The notes beneath the pieces are model-generated. The model made no database searches and was not told the origin of the DNA. It saw only the letters and a list, made by a program, of their open reading frames with translations. Source: Minutocellus sp. GHC0000111 (lineage: Eukaryota). From it: a stretch of DNA of 64,000 bases. Position 1 is the first letter of the stretch, and each line of letters starts with the position of its first letter. The translations under genes were made by a program, and so were the position numbers. The stretch lies in NCBI GenBank assembly GCA_977018835.1, contig OZ361259.1:1922001-1986000 (forward strand), in the 5' to 3' direction. This document shows positions 43,907 through 58,581 of this stretch, one piece after another.

Positions 43907-46890
43907 ATGTTCTCCGACAAGGCATTGCGCTCGTTCCTCCTCGGCGGCGCCGCCACCGCTCTCGTTTTCATGCCATCAACCGTCCTGGCGGCTGATCTAA
44001 CTCACTCCCCGGTCGTCGGCGGAGTCACCACATCCAAGGCCAAGATTCAATTCCGCACGGACATGGCGACGACATCCGGCGTCGTCATCCAGTATGCCAC
44101 CACCGAGGCTGGACTGGCCGCCCCCTCCGCCACGACGTCCGTCGCCACCGCCGCCGGCAGCGACTTCGCGGCCACCGTCGAACTCGACGGCCTAACCGAG
44201 GATCAGACCTACTTCTACAAGATCCTCGTCGACGGCGTCGATAGTGGTTCCGTCTACAAGTTCAACACCCTCCCCCCCGCCGATGCCGGTGCGACATGCA
44301 CTTTGGCCGTCTTCGCCGATGTCTCGAACGAGGACCTTCCTGCCCCGGCCTACGCAATGGGACATGCCCACAATCCCACCATGGCCTTCCAGATTGGTGA
44401 CTTCAACCATGGCTCTCCGTTCAATCCTCGCCGTGGAACAACTCCCGCCCGGGACATGCACAAGCTCATGCGTGATCCGTCCACGCTTCATGGCGCCGAC
44501 TTTGTCAACCACGTAGCCTCGCAGATGCCCTTGATGCACATCTTTGACGACCACGACTATTGCGGTAAGTTGGCCTTATCATATATGTATCTGCTGATCG
44601 ATATGCCCTGCATGGAGGCCATTGCCATGCTTTACTTATCATACCAACATGTACACATATATATTTACTTCTCCTCACTTTGCGACATTTCAATTCTTAC
44701 GCAAATAAACATAACGTCTTCAGGCAACGACTCGGACGGATCTTGCCGTAGAAAGGACCAAATCGTCGCAGCTTTCAAGGAGTACTATCCATCATACGAC
44801 TTCCTTGGCGATTCGACAGGCAACGGTGAGGTCGCCCAGAAGTTTGGATGTGGAGACGCCGAGATCTTCGTCCTTGATACTCGCACTCAGCGCCCTCCCG
44901 AGGCCGCGACTGCATCGGAAGCTGCCGCCGCTGGTAGGTCTATGCTTGGTGCCGACCAGCTTGCCTGGCTCCAAGATGGCCTTAGTACTTCCACCGCAAC
45001 ATGGAAAATTATTGTTTCAACGGTCACAGCTAGCATCGATGCTCGTGATGGAGTTGCCTATGACAATTGGGCTGGCTTCGAGGAGGAGAATCAAATCATG
45101 TTTGATTTCCTCCACAACCCCAACGCGCCTATTACCAACGTCATCCTGGTTTCTGCTGACATCCACACTGGCGGTGGTATCGACGATGGCCGTAACAACC
45201 GTTGGGGCATTCCTGAAATGAGTATTTCGCACACCAACTTAGACGCAGCAACAACAGCCATCAACAATGGCAGGACCGGTACCTGGAGCGAGGTAAGTCG
45301 CCAGGGAAGAAGCTTGTCAATGTTGTAAACTCAAATTTTTTTACCAATCCGTCTAACACATACGTACATCAACCTCCTTCTATTCTATTATGTCCCCTCT
45401 GCTCTGCATTTCTCAGGGCGTCACATCCGGCAACGATGGTGGTGGATATGGCCTAATCACCATCACTGGCGAGACTCTTACTTTGAAGTCTATGGGCGCC
45501 GATGCAGTCGACAGCGTTCGCAATGATTTCACCCTCCACGAAGGCAAGCAGACATCGTTTACCCAGGGACCTCAGGCGGAAATGATTGACCTCATCACCA
45601 AGTTCGAAACTCAATTTGGTACCAATTCCACCGATGATGCAGCCATGAGGGCCAAGTTTGTGAGACTTGGCTTCCATGACTGTGTCGGTAGTTGCGATGG
45701 ATGCATCGATTCAGGCGCCGACAACAACGGCCTCGATATTCCCATTTATGCCCTTCAGCACATTGTTGACGAGGCCAACGAACTTTCCCGCGCCGATGTC
45801 TGGGCCGCCGCCGCCTTCTGGGCCGCCGGAGCTAGTCAAGATCAAGACCGCAGAAACACTCACATTGATTTTTCTATTGATATGATTGGTTACGGCCGAA
45901 CTGATTGCGAGAATGCCCCGAATGAGAACCATCAGCTTGACCCACAGGCTTCTGGCTACAATGCTGGACCAGTACGTCACTTGCCCTCGGCGGATCTGGA
46001 CTCGCATGGACTCAAAAATTTCTTTCTACAGGAATTCGGCTACAGCACCCGCGAAACCGTCGCTATCATGGGGGCCCACACCCTCGGAACGCTCCATCCA
46101 GAAAATTCTGGATTCAACAGCGGGGAGATAGGTTGGGTCGTCAACGACCACATTCTCGACAACAAGTGAGTTGGACATGTATACCTGGCTAGGTACTGCA
46201 ATGTCATTTCATTTATCTATGAAAGCGTATCAAAGCAGAGCTCACTGACTTTTCACCTTTGAATTGCTTTTAATCTTACACCTTCAATCTCTCAGCTATT
46301 ATCAAGTGCTTGTTGGCCCCGAAGCTGGAAGCAGCGAGGCGGCTGGCATGACCGAAGAAGAGCGGCTCTTCGATGCTGTCGATTGGGACGTCCAGCCTGC
46401 TCTCGACAACAATGGCATCCCCACCGGCAAATTCCAGTGGGATCACACCTTCCCTGACAGAACTGATGTGGCGATTATGACCAACGCCGATATTGCTTTG
46501 GCAAGAGAATTCAGCGGTGATGCTGTCAACAAGGCTGACCTGAACAACCCCTCCACCGGAGAAGGCGATTACAAAGATTCTGTGACGGGTGAAGTCAGCT
46601 GCATCTTCAAGTGCAGACGTGCCAACAATTGCCCTAGGACGCCCGTATGCCCGGGTGCTTGGGCCACTTTGCAAATCATGGATGAGTACCAAAGCGATTT
46701 GACGCTTTGGTTGACGGAATTCCGAGATGTCTTCGCTCGGATGCTTCATAACAAGTATCAGATTGATCCAACCTGTGAGATTGAACCTTGCAATCTTGTC
46801 TGCCTACCTGGTGGTTCTGCTTGCTCCGAGAGTCATCAATGCCTCAGCGGTGTTTGTTTGGGCGACGGTACCTGTGAGGCTGAGGCATAA
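43907..46890 (+). CDS. PhoD phosphatase / heme peroxidase fusion, copy 2
   Basis: Same translation as 25290-28273 (+18,617). Confidence 0.85.
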
Positions 46891-47488
46891 TTTCGAAGAA
46901 TATTCGATTCGATTCATTCATGTCCACAAGCCTACCGTGGTGGTGTGGTGGTGGTTCGTCCCGCTAAATATAGCTTAAATCTATCTATCATAATGAAAAG
47001 TTAGAACCAAATTCAATTGAATAGGTAGCCTCATTTGCATCAGTAAGAACGAATATCAATAACATAAACAAAAACTCGCAATTGTAAACACTGTAGGGTA
47101 AGATTGAGTGAGGGTGAGGTGAAGGTCGGTACACGTAGAACTACTCGAGGTCACGGTCTCTCCAAGCGTTAGGATTGTTGGCCGGTACGAAGCTTTCGAA
47201 AATAGCTGCCAGATCAAGCCTACCGGTAGTCTAAAAATATGGGATTACATGTAAAAGTTGTTAGAAAATCGTTAGAGGAGTTAGACATAGGGATCCCTAG
47301 ATCTACATGTGTGCCAAAGGTCGCTGGTGAATAGTACTTAGTAGGCATTCCTAGTACGTGTACCGGTATTGCATTCACTCTCCTCAAATCCTGCTTTGGT
47401 CGAAGCTTGCAACAACAAAACTCAGATTTTGGACGACAATTGAGTCGAGCGAATCGAGCGCTTTGATGATGGATGGATCAGGGATGCA

Positions 47489-48321
47489 ATGGGAGATGGG
47501 AGCGGCTTCCACATCATATCTAATCGCCATGGACCTCGCCTCGCCGCCGCGCAGAGTTTCTCCCGCAAGGGCTGACATGGTGGACGATGCAGTGTCCTTC
47601 GAGGAGTTCGGGAGAAGAACCTCCTCGCGAAGCTCCTTCCATGTGTATTCGGCGAGCGTGACTTTGTAAGCTACGGCGAGGTGCTCCGCTATGTTGTAGT
47701 CAAGGGCGATAACTGCTTCATTTTTACTGAGGAGAGTGACCCATCACCGCTCTATGCGATCCCTTTGCACGACAAGATGGCCATCCTGGAAGATCCAAAT
47801 CAGCCAGAAGGTACCAGCCTCACTATCTCACCAACCTTTAAGAACGTTTCCAAAGAAGACCTTGATACTGTGTTGTTGAAATATCGCGGTAGTGGGAAGA
47901 TAGCCTATCAATTCACTTTCAATAAAAGGGACGGGTCAAACTTGGCCGATGGATTTTTGGGAGTTGTTTGCTCTTCGTCGAAGAAAAGCTATGCGAATGG
48001 TGTGGTCGGAGACAAGGTGAGAACTTTTGCGTTGCAGATATTTGTCACTGAATCTCGACATGGTGCAGCGATACATGTATGTTTCAGCGGGCTGGCGGGG
48101 AGATGGTCCGACTTATCTCCAAGAAGAAGAAGAAGAAGTCAGTCTTCGAATCTGAAGCTAATCTACTACGTAGCATTCCTTCGCCATATCCTCAACAAAA
48201 TTCCTTGACATTCTTTTCGTATCCATATCTCTTCTATAATCAGACGTCCTCTGTTGTTTATGCTCAAAAAGTTGCAGCCGATAAGGAGAAATATCAGCCG
48301 GTGGACCCTAACAAGAGATAA
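47489..48321 (+). CDS. PH-domain-like protein, copy 2
   Basis: Same translation as 28872-29704. Confidence 0.6.
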
Positions 48322-48723
48322 CTTTGGATATGAGTCGAAGTAAAGTGCATAGTAGTATGTAGCTACTAGCTAGCTAGTAGCGACAATGCTGTACTCTTTT
48401 ACGAACGGGTATTGTTTGATTATTCTTTTTATGGTGTCTTTATATCAGACAGTATCATGAATCGACAGTATCGGCACATCTAATCATGTAGCTTTCCTGA
48501 ATCGGTCATTCTCTTGTCATGTTAACTCGCATCATTCAACCATGCATTATCCCTTTTTGTATGCATCATATTCAAAAAGGGAAACCCCTCCCTAATCCGA
48601 GCATATCCAATTTCCGTCGACTCTACCAGCCAAAGCAACAAGAAAGGGGACCAACATGCGCGCTGAAGCAGACAGCAAACGAAGCCCAACGCTCCAAAAA
48701 TAAATGCCTCGCCACCCCACCGC

Positions 48724-49587
48724 TCATATCGAGGGGATGTCCCGGGGCCGATCCTGCTTCTTGGATCCAGGCTTCTTGGCCTGGAAGTGGTCGGCCCTGG
48801 CGGCCTCGTACGCGGCGGCGGCGAATCCACCGACCAGAGGACGGTGGTCGGCAGTGCCCGACTTGGTCGAGGCCTCCTTGGCCATCTGGGCCTGCCGTTG
48901 TCGGAGCCGCTCCGACTCGGACATTCGGGCGGCCGGGGGCTTGGCCGGCTTGAAGGGTGGGATCTCCGGCAGGGGCAAGGGTTTGTACGGGGGGATTTCC
49001 GGCAGATCGAAGTCCATGTAGCTTGGTTTCTTGGGCTTCGAGCTGCTGCTGCTGCTGGACCCGCCGCCGGGCTTGTGACTTGCCGGCTTCGACGACGAGC
49101 TGCCCGAGCTTGCGCCACCAGGCTTGTAGCTCGCCGGCTTCGAGCTGCTACCACTGGACCCACCGCCGGGCTTGTAGCTGGCTGGCTTGCTGTTGCTACC
49201 ACTGCCGCCACCGGGCTTGTAACTCATCGGCTTTCCGTCGGCTCCAGGTGGCGGAGCTCCCGCTTGCTTGGCGGCCATGAGGGAGGCCGCCGTCAGGCCG
49301 GCGGGAGGCGCCCCCATCGCACCCGAGCCCCGTTTGGACATACCGGGCTTCATGTTCGTGGGCTTGGAACTACCTCCGCCGCCGCCGCTGCGGGCGGGAA
49401 AGCCCACGAGCAGACCATTGGCATCCTCGTCGTCCGTGGAACGTCGGGCGCTGCTGCCGCTGCCCTTGGATTTGGAGGGTGAACTCCTTGATCCGCCGCC
49501 GCCGCGAGAGGAGGACGAGGCACCCGTCCGAGGCTTGCTGCCGCGGGCCGAGGCCTCGATGGCCGCGATCTCGTCTTCCATATCCAT
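48724..49587 (-). CDS. Gly/Ser/Lys/Pro-rich repeat protein, copy 2
   Basis: Same translation as 30107-30970. Confidence 0.75.
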   Translation of the reverse strand: MDMEDEIAAIEASARGSKPRTGASSSSRGGGGSRSSPSKSKGSGSSARRSTDDEDANGLLVGFPARSGGGGGSSKPTNMKPGMSKRGSGAMGAPPAGLTAASLMAAKQAGAPPPGADGKPMSYKPGGGSGSNSKPASYKPGGGSSGSSSKPASYKPGGASSGSSSSKPASHKPGGGSSSSSSSKPKKPSYMDFDLPEIPPYKPLPLPEIPPFKPAKPPAARMSESERLRQRQAQMAKEASTKSGTADHRPLVGGFAAAAYEAARADHFQAKKPGSKKQDRPRDIPSI

Positions 49588-50114
49588 GGTTGTTTTGCGA
49601 TTTGTGGTTGTGTAGTTCCAGTGGGCTTATGTGTTCCGCTTGCGGTTTCAAGGAGGACTTCCGGCACTACCAACGGAGCAACCGAAAGACAGAGAGAGGG
49701 AAAAGACAGGCAAGAATTGCTACCGCCCGACGACGGCAAGTGCTTCGAGAATATAATGCAGTGCTCAAAGGCGTGGGAATGACCGCTCCTTTGATTGAGG
49801 CACACGGTCACCTATGGCATCAATAAGATGTGTGACCATGGGGTCTCTTGATGTTGCGAGGCAGGGGGCGGAGCGGAGCCGACGGGAGAATTTCGGCGTG
49901 TGACGTGTGTGAGTTTTTGAGAGCCGAGCGCCGAGGTCAGAAGGCTGGTCAGAAACCGCCTCAAAACTCAAAAACCACCAACGCAACATCTTGTGTGCAT
50001 CGCTCCGTTCATTGTTGCCCTTGCACCCATATTGCCAACTAATCTTGACGACCGCCCGAAGCTTTCATTTCTACCCCATTGTCACCACTTACAAACCAAA
50101 GGACATAACAAAAG

Positions 50115-50989
50115 ATGCCCGCAACAGCCGGCAAAGTGCGCATGCCGCACAGCAACCGCATGACCACCTCGAACTCTCTCAAGACGAGTGACATGTGGTC
50201 GAAAACGATCGGTCATGACCCGCACGCCAACCGAGAGGATGAGGGTACTGACGCGGCCACCGCCGCGGCCGACGCGCAAAAGGCCAAGAGCCTGATGGAG
50301 CTGGCGAGGTTGCAAAATGTCGCCGGCCGGGCGAGGGATGGAGGAGGAGATGGCGGGGCATCGGCCACCAACGAATTTGCCCGCCAGGCGTGGCTGGGAT
50401 TGAAGGGTGGCAAGAAGCGCCGGGCCGATGTTAACGGCGCCGGTGGTGCGGGTGCCGCCGGTGCATTTGGTGCCGGAGGATATGGGCACGGGGACAGTAG
50501 CAGCAGTGAAGATGAATATGTCGAGGAGGCCGCTCAGGAGGAGGCTGCCATGGCCGATGCCAAGCAGGCTGCAGCAGCAGGTGGCGGCGACGGCTCTGAG
50601 GCGCTGGTCGAAAAGGATAGTAGGAAGCGTCGTTTCAAGAAGGACGAGAAGAAGAGACGGAAACGGTCAAGCAAGAAGAGAAAGAAGAGGGGTTCTTCTT
50701 CGTCGTCATCGAGTGATGACTCCTCCTCCTCTTCGTCGTCTTCTTCAGATGAGAGCAGAGAGCGGCGCAGGCGGCGCAAGCGGCGGAGGGATCGTGACGA
50801 TGACCGAAGGTACGTAGTCGGAAGAAGAGAAGTAGCAGGCACAGGAAGAGGAGCAGTCGATATGATGGCAGTGATAGTGATTCCTCGTCGGATGACGAAT
50901 CGAGGGAGAGACGACGTAGGAAGCATAGGAGGAAGCATAATGATCATGATGGAAAGAAGAGCAGGAAGAGCAGGGATCGAGATAACTAA
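50115..50989 (+). CDS. CXIP4-like protein, copy 2
   Basis: Same as 31498-32372, including the frameshift. Confidence 0.75.
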
Positions 50990-51032
50990 TTTTCTACGTA
51001 GCTAGTAATCGGATATGCAACATTCTATTGTG

Positions 51033-54000
51033 TTACGTGCTAATGTAGAGACTGGAAGCAAACACAATATCGCGTTTGATGGCGACCGATGCTGTTTCGG
51101 CCTTGCGGTAGAGAGTTGGATTGCCAACCACGCGCGCACAATTCCTCACCTCCCGACAGAGCTCGTCAAGTCGAGTGATGCACCTCACGATGCTACCCTC
51201 CTGTACAAGCGTCAGTTCGCAGATGTTGCTGAATGGAACACCGAGGGCCCACTCGTATACGACATGGACCAGACCGAACTTGAGGCTGTTGGCACAATAG
51301 TCCTTGGGGTCGATCTGAAGCCCATGATCTCTTTGCATTTCTCCAAGATTGGTTGCAATCTTCCTCATCTTCTCGCAGCACAATACCAAGCTGTCAGGTA
51401 ACTCAGAGTCCAATTCAGAATCGGCGCTCTTTTCCTGGAAGATGAGAGCACTCAGTGCAGCAACAATTTCAGCTGGTTCCAGATCATTCAGGATTCCTTC
51501 AAATACCATTTCCGTCACAATGAGTTCTTCGCATGTGTTGACTTCGCAGGCAACTCGCCCCTTGACTTGGACAGCGTCGTTGGAATCGACATACCCCAAA
51601 GTCTGAAGGAGTGCCTTCCTCTGCAAGAAATCGGGAAATAGAGCAAGCGACTCGTTCGATAACAAATGGCGCAGCGTGTCCACCGTCGCTTTGAGTGTTT
51701 CTTTCCTCTCAATCGCGGCATAATGCCTTTCGATGCTTGGATGGTGATGTGACTGGAAAAGTCGGAGGGTTGATAAAAGGCCTTCCACTCGATTGCACGC
51801 CGAACGGAATTCAAACATGTCATTGCCCTGAGATATTCCCTTCGTGCATTCCGTGAGATCCATTGCGCCGAGACTACTTTTCGCCTCCTGCGTTTCTGCA
51901 TCGACGAGATAACCCATAACTTGATCAATCTGTGACTGTTCCGATGAAGCACCTGCCGTCTGTGGGCCTGTACCACCGCCCTTCTTTCCACGCGCCATCA
52001 TTCCAGCAAACGGATCATCATCCATGCGTCTACCTCCGACCAGTTTTGCCCGAGCGAACGGATCGCGTGCCGAACCGAGGCCCATCCCGAGACCAAGTGA
52101 TGGGCCTGATTTATCCTTGAAGAGAGCCTTGCTATCAACTTTGTGCTTGGAAGAAGACACAAGAACGATTTCGCTGATGCCAATCTCGTGAATGGCATAA
52201 TGTCTTTGCTTCGCTGACCCAGTATAATTGAGAGTTGCTGGCTTAGCTTTCCCCTTCTCATCACTATCACTGTCTGGCACATAGCTTTCAGGCAACAGCA
52301 CGATGCAAATTGCGGTATCTTTGCCGGCACCTGTCGTCGATGACTTGGAGCTTCCAGAACCAATACCACTGCTGGTAGAGCTCACAGTAGGAGATTTCAC
52401 GACAATAGCTGGTGTTGCGACGTAGCCATGTTTCCTCGCTGATGTAACGAGTAGAATTCGTCCAGGAACCAGGGCTCCACCCGCAGTCCCTCCGGCGGAA
52501 GAGAGAAGAAACGACAGTATGTTTATATTGAGAGTGAGCAGCTCTCCGCTCGTCGAAAAGTAATGGCCAATGTCTTCGGCACCGACGCGGCTGTCAGCGT
52601 CTTGCTCATACTCCTTTTCGAGCTTGGCTAGACCTTTCATGCCTCTTGATAAAAGCTTTGGATAATCATTCTGCGTCAACGCTCGTTGGGTTGCAAACTC
52701 TGAAAAGGAACGCTTGATCATGTTCTCCACGGACAATTCTTCCGTTCGCAAAAGATTCAAGATCATGTTGTATGTCAGACGGAATTGCGATTCAAGCTTG
52801 GTTGAAGAGCCCGTGAGCATGTTGCGTAGAGTAAGTTGAGGAGGAGGTTCGTCTCCAAAGCAGCACAAGATGACTGTGCCAACCTTATCAAGACCTCGCC
52901 TACCAGCTCTTCCGGCCATCTGCGTATACTCGCCAGGCTGGAGCACTCTGAATTGTGTCCCATCATGCTTGCGGATGCTGTTGAATACGACTGCCCGGGC
53001 TGGCATGTTAACTCCCATCGCGAAAGTTTCCGTTGAGCAGAGGATCTTGATTAGGTTCCTAGAGAACAAAATCTCCACCATCTCTTTGAGGATGGGTAGG
53101 AGACCGCCGTGGTGCTGAATGGAGGGGAAATACAACAAATTTTGGTTAGAAGGGAAACAACAACGACGAAGACGACGCCGACGCCGAGACAACAACAATG
53201 AGGCCGACGCCGAGACAACGACGATCATTAGATGATATCAATCTCTTGAGAATATGAGACTATGCACAAGGTATACGATGGTACGAACTTACCACACCGA
53301 TACCTCGCTTCACCATCTCACAGGTCTGAATGACCTGAGGCAAGCTAGCGTCATTGGGAGACAGACGAGCCATGGTCTGCTGCGCAAACATGTGGGCTGC
53401 ATTGCGTTCAGCCGCGGTGTTGAGATCCAAGGTTCGAAGCATATTTGCAATCTCTTCACACTTCTTCTTGCTGAAGCTAAAAACGACGGTAGGAGTCAGC
53501 CCCTCTCGGTCAAGAAATTTGACGAGGCTCTGCCAATTGCCCTTATTTCCCTGCTGCTGCCACGATGAGTCTTTCGAGCCACGTGATAAGCGGTGAGAGA
53601 CTGTGCCTTGGGATTTCGCCTTCCCGCCACCGGCACCAGCACTTCCCTTCTTATCCTTGGACTGAGCAGTCACTGACGCCGGGAGGAGAGCTTTTGCCGC
53701 GTCGCTGTACCCCTTATCCAGGAAACCGCTCTTGCCTTCCATGATTTTGTGCAGCTTCTGTCCAGCCCACAAATGATGAGAAAGAGGAACGGGACGATAG
53801 TCGGTACGGATCACATGGACAGGCTTGCGCTTGGTTCTGCCAATCCAATCGGAGAATTCAATTGTATTTTGTGTTGTCGCCGAAAGGAAGATCATGTTGA
53901 CGTACTGGGGGAGCATGATGATTACCTCCTCCCACACCACGCCTCGCTCTGTGTCGTTGATATAATGCACTTCATCGAAAATTAGCCATTCCACATCTCG

Positions 54001-55689
54001 AATAAGGTCGGCACCGCGATATAGCATACTACGAAGGATTTCAGTCGTCATGATTAGACAGCTGGAGTCAGCGCCAATATGTAAATCACCCGTAATAAGA
54101 CCGACATCGTCTCCGAACTTGTCCTTAAAGTCTCGATACTTTTGGTTAGAAAGAGCTTTGATGGGACTGGTGTAAATGGCACGGGTACAGTGCTTGCGTG
54201 CCAGAGCAATGGCATACTCGGCACATACAGTCTTTCCAGCGGAGGTGTGGGCCGCCACAAAAATACACTCGGATCTTTCGAGTCGAGCGACTGCTTGCTT
54301 CTGGAAGTCGTCGAGCTCGAATGGATATCGTATCGCCGGATTCGGCACAAGGGCATTGAAATCTTTGATTGGCAACAAATCTGTTACAGCCCAGGATTTT
54401 CGAGGTCCAGATGATGACGAAGACGAGGGTTCACCACCACCACCATCGACGTTGGCAAGGAGTGGATGCAAATCTGTCTTTTTGTTCTTTCTCTTCTTGG
54501 AGAAGACTTTGTCGGCCTCACTTTGCGTTGACAATACCAGCTCTTCAAGAAGGCCATCAATATCCTCCGCCGTAGGCTCTTCCCCTTTTATCGAAACATC
54601 ATCGACTTCTGATGCTGTTCCCTTGGCCTCACCTGTCTCCTCCTCTTCAACGGAGGAGTCGTCGCTTGATTCTTCGTCGTCATTGTCGCTGCTCTCTTCG
54701 TCACTACCACTCTCACTGGAACTGTCGGCAAAGAGCGAATCATCGTCAAAGTAGGTCTTATCCCACATACCATCCGTCGAAATGAGAAGGCTTGGACCTG
54801 CGTTAGAAATACCAGGTGCTGCTCCATCTCCTCCTCCTGCTGCTGTGCCCAACACCATATCGTCACCTCCTCCATCAATGTCTTCGTATGTACCATTTCT
54901 AGACGCATCCATTTCCTCTTCTTTTGCGCATCCCTTCTCGCCATATTTAGCAGCTTCTTCGTCACTATACACATCTTTCGGTCCGAGGCCGACCTTGAAC
55001 GTTACGCCCGGAGGTGCCGTAATGAGCGACCCATCCCTCCATGCCTCAAGAGAACCCTTATCCAACACGTCAAGCGCAGCCTTGCATTCTTCGGGCGATA
55101 GGAATTCTGCTGGCGGCACTTCCTCCTCTTCATCATCTCCATCGGTAGCGGATGGGATGGCCAGATCATCGCTATCAATACCACCAGCCTTGAATGGGGC
55201 ACGCCGACCGACTTGGCCGCGAGTAAACTCGGACAACTTGCCGGAGAGATTGCCTTGAAGCGGTCTGTAAGCAAGAGATGTACCCCCGCCGGAGGTACCC
55301 TCGGCACCGCCATCTTCCGGTGGCATAAGGACCGCCACTGGCACCTCCACAAGAGCATCTTCTTCCAGCGAAGTTGTATCAATTCTAAGCTTGGCCCGGT
55401 TCGGATGGGGGATAGACGACAAAGGCACGAGCGTCGTCTGGCTGGGAACGGAGGGTACTGTTATGAGAGACGAGTTCAGGCCGCGCTTCCATCTCGCTGG
55501 GTGATGCTGTGATTCGTCACCAGTGCCCGAAGGGGGGAGAACGCCAAAGCTTTCAAGTGCACTTTTTATCTTTGTGTCTGCCTCCTGGAGAGATGGTCCA
55601 AGAGCGGCGATCTGGGCATCCTTCTTCCTCTGTTTCGCCTCATCTGCCAGAAGCAGCGACCGGAGGGCGCTGAGGTCGGCAGGTGGCAT
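51033..55689 (-). CDS. SKI2: SKI2 RNA helicase, copy 2
   Basis: Same translation as 32416-37072. Confidence 0.95.
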
Positions 55690-56041
55690 GATTTCAACTT
55701 GGGGCTACAAACGGGCTGGTAAATCGCTACGACTCAACACTGCAAACAAGCTGTCTTTGGTCTTCAATATGAGTGGCGCACGGTACAGCACGGTAACCGG
55801 TCTTGAGCCTCGGTATCTGCTAAGAGCGGCTCAAGCGGTCAGCGGCGGAGACGCCCCTCCCCGCCCGCTGCATGGCCCAGGCAGATCGCATCAGCTATCG
55901 CATCGCATCGAAACGTGGTAAAAGACCCGGAGGCAAAGCTCGACGTCGGCGACATTGCATTCTTTGCCCCCACCAGCCAAGTCTACAAAGCTCCTGTAAA
56001 ATTTGTTAGCAATCCCTTAGGTCATTTTCTAGAGTTCAGAT

Positions 56042-58249
56042 TTACTCAGGAACAGGCAAGCATTTGACCACTTGCGTCTTCGGTAGCGTAGCCTTGAAAA
56101 GAGGGTGGTTGCAAAGAGCCGGAACAGTCACATCGAAGATGTAATGGCACGTCGAATCTTCGTTGACTCGAACAAGCTCATAGTTCTTGCCGCAGGAAAA
56201 TCTCACAGTGGTAGAACGCTCGATGCCACCCCCAACGACATTCCCACCCTTGATGATACTTTCAGCAACGTCGCTATCTTCGCATACCAAACCATCGGTG
56301 TACTCCTGAACAAATACTGCACCATTCCCCCCAGCTTCTGGGGGGCTGCTATCGACCTTCTTTTTAGCCTCCGCCTTCTTCTTCTTGGCCTTGGCTTTTC
56401 TACTGCTGCCCATTACGAGAGTGTCCTCCCCGTCGCCATGAGTGGCATTAACTACATGGTCGGGCTCTTCAATATCGGGATAGGACTCATGAACGTCAGC
56501 CTTGTAAAGACCCAGCATGTGCTCCTCCTCAACGATTTGTCGCGATACTCCCGTAGTAGCGTCCATGACATTGGTGCCATGGAATTCTCTTGCGTGGCGG
56601 GTGTGACAAAACTCATATGTCCACCACCTGAAGATTTGGTCGAGTCGAAAAGAGATGGGAAGCAAGTCAGATTATAGAAACAATAAACCATCGAAATATA
56701 TACCCTCGTACATGGCAGACACTCACCCAGCATTGCGCTGCAAACAATGGTTGCCGAGGGCGCGATCTAAAATATCACGAACCGACTCCTTCTTCTTTTT
56801 GCGCCTCTTCTTCTTTGGTGGAATGTTCTCGTATGCTCCCCCTTCACCCTCTTGGCCACTTCCGTCTCCAACAATTTCATTTCCGGAAGTAGTTGCATCA
56901 TCAGTGTGGTCGACTTTCTTCCTATTCTCTGTCTCGAAGGCTTCCGGACACAGCAACTGTGAGCACACCACAGTCTTATAGGTGCACTTCTCTCGGCCGT
57001 TCTCGACAACAGATTTCAGCACGGCCTTGCCAAATGAAATATCCTTCCGCTTTGTGGCTTGTTCTTGGAGGTCCGGGCAGCATCGGATTTCGACTTGTAC
57101 ACTCCGAAGGATACCAAATTCGTCGCACCAATCTCCAGAGTCGAACGTATCGGTGACAACGATTTCACCAGCCAGATGCTTTTGCCCATCACCTTGATCG
57201 ACAATGACTCTCCTGGCTTTACTGGGTGCCTTGATCTCATCAATGCGAACCGACCTTTGCTTGAACTTGCCGACTGTGGTTACATCTTGGATTTCCATCT
57301 GCTTATCAAAGTGGAGCGTATTCCCATCTTTGTCTGTCTCGACAACTTGCTTCACGTGGACGTGAAATTGAGACACTTGCTTCTCATTGCACCACTCATA
57401 GGACCACCAGCCAGCGTGGTGCTGCGCGCATGTTTCCTGAAGCTTCCCGAGCTGGACGCCGATATCATGCGGATCAATATGGACAGGCTGATCGCTGGAT
57501 GGTTGATCCTGCTCCGCAGTGCCTGCCCCCGAAGCTGGTTTCTGGTATATGCCACCAGTCGTCGTGTGGACGGTTCCCATAACCTGCACACCCGTAGCAG
57601 AATCTTCACTGATGACTTGCATCGTTTGGCTCTCGGTCTTTTGAATCACATCCCCGTCGGGTGTGTGATTCATGTAATATTCCTCATCGTCTTCATAATA
57701 CTCTTCATATTCGTCTGCGTCATCTTGTTCCTCGTAGTCCGAAATTGATGGTGGCGCCTTGGTGCGCAATACAGGAGGATCAAACATACTTCCAAGGATG
57801 CTGTGCGGATCGAGCTCGTCTTCACGGTACACCCGACAAACAAATTGTCGGCCGTCGGCGTCAGACAACCGAAAGTGAGGGGCCGATGAACTTCCCAGCA
57901 CCGACTCCACTTCTTCCTCACCATTGTTCACCGCATCCGACGTTGCGGCGCCACCCCATCCATCGAATTGGGCACCGCCAACCAACCGCAGAGGCAGCTG
58001 AGCCAGCCTATGCCGGGAGGCGCGGGCGTAGCCGCCGAGTGGAGCTCCATAGAGAGATGATGGATCGAAGATGAGATCATCATACGGGTCAGATGACGAT
58101 AGGCTGGATTCGATATTGGCTTGCGCAAAGTGAATATTGAGCAATAATAATACTATGCTCGCCGCTGCGGTAGCAGCTGGCGTCGGGAACGCCATTCGGC
58201 GCATGGTTGCGGAAATCGAAAATGAGCTGATTGCGAAATCTGGCGCCAA
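56042..58249 (-). CDS. Erlectin/OS-9-like ER lectin, copy 2
   Basis: Same translation as 37425-39632. Confidence 0.85.
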
Positions 58250-58581
58250 GTTTCTTCGTCGTGGCTACACGTCACCACCTCGAATGGGCCGGACGCTGAC
58301 TGCGATGACTGCTGTGGGTGCTCCTCTGCTGCTGCCGCCGCTATGCGGTGTGCAAATCCAGATTGTGCTGCTACTAGATCTAGGGGAGAGTTACATTTGG
58401 ACTGCAGGACAGGACTACTTAGATACTGCTTTCAAATTTATTTCGATCTCTATCCTGCAATGCTATCACTTACATGTAGGCTGCCTGGCAAAACAAACGT
58501 CACGTAAACATAGAGTCTACTCCCCACAAGTTTTAATGCAAGTTTCCATTTGACTACACCGTAGTCAAATATATGTAGACT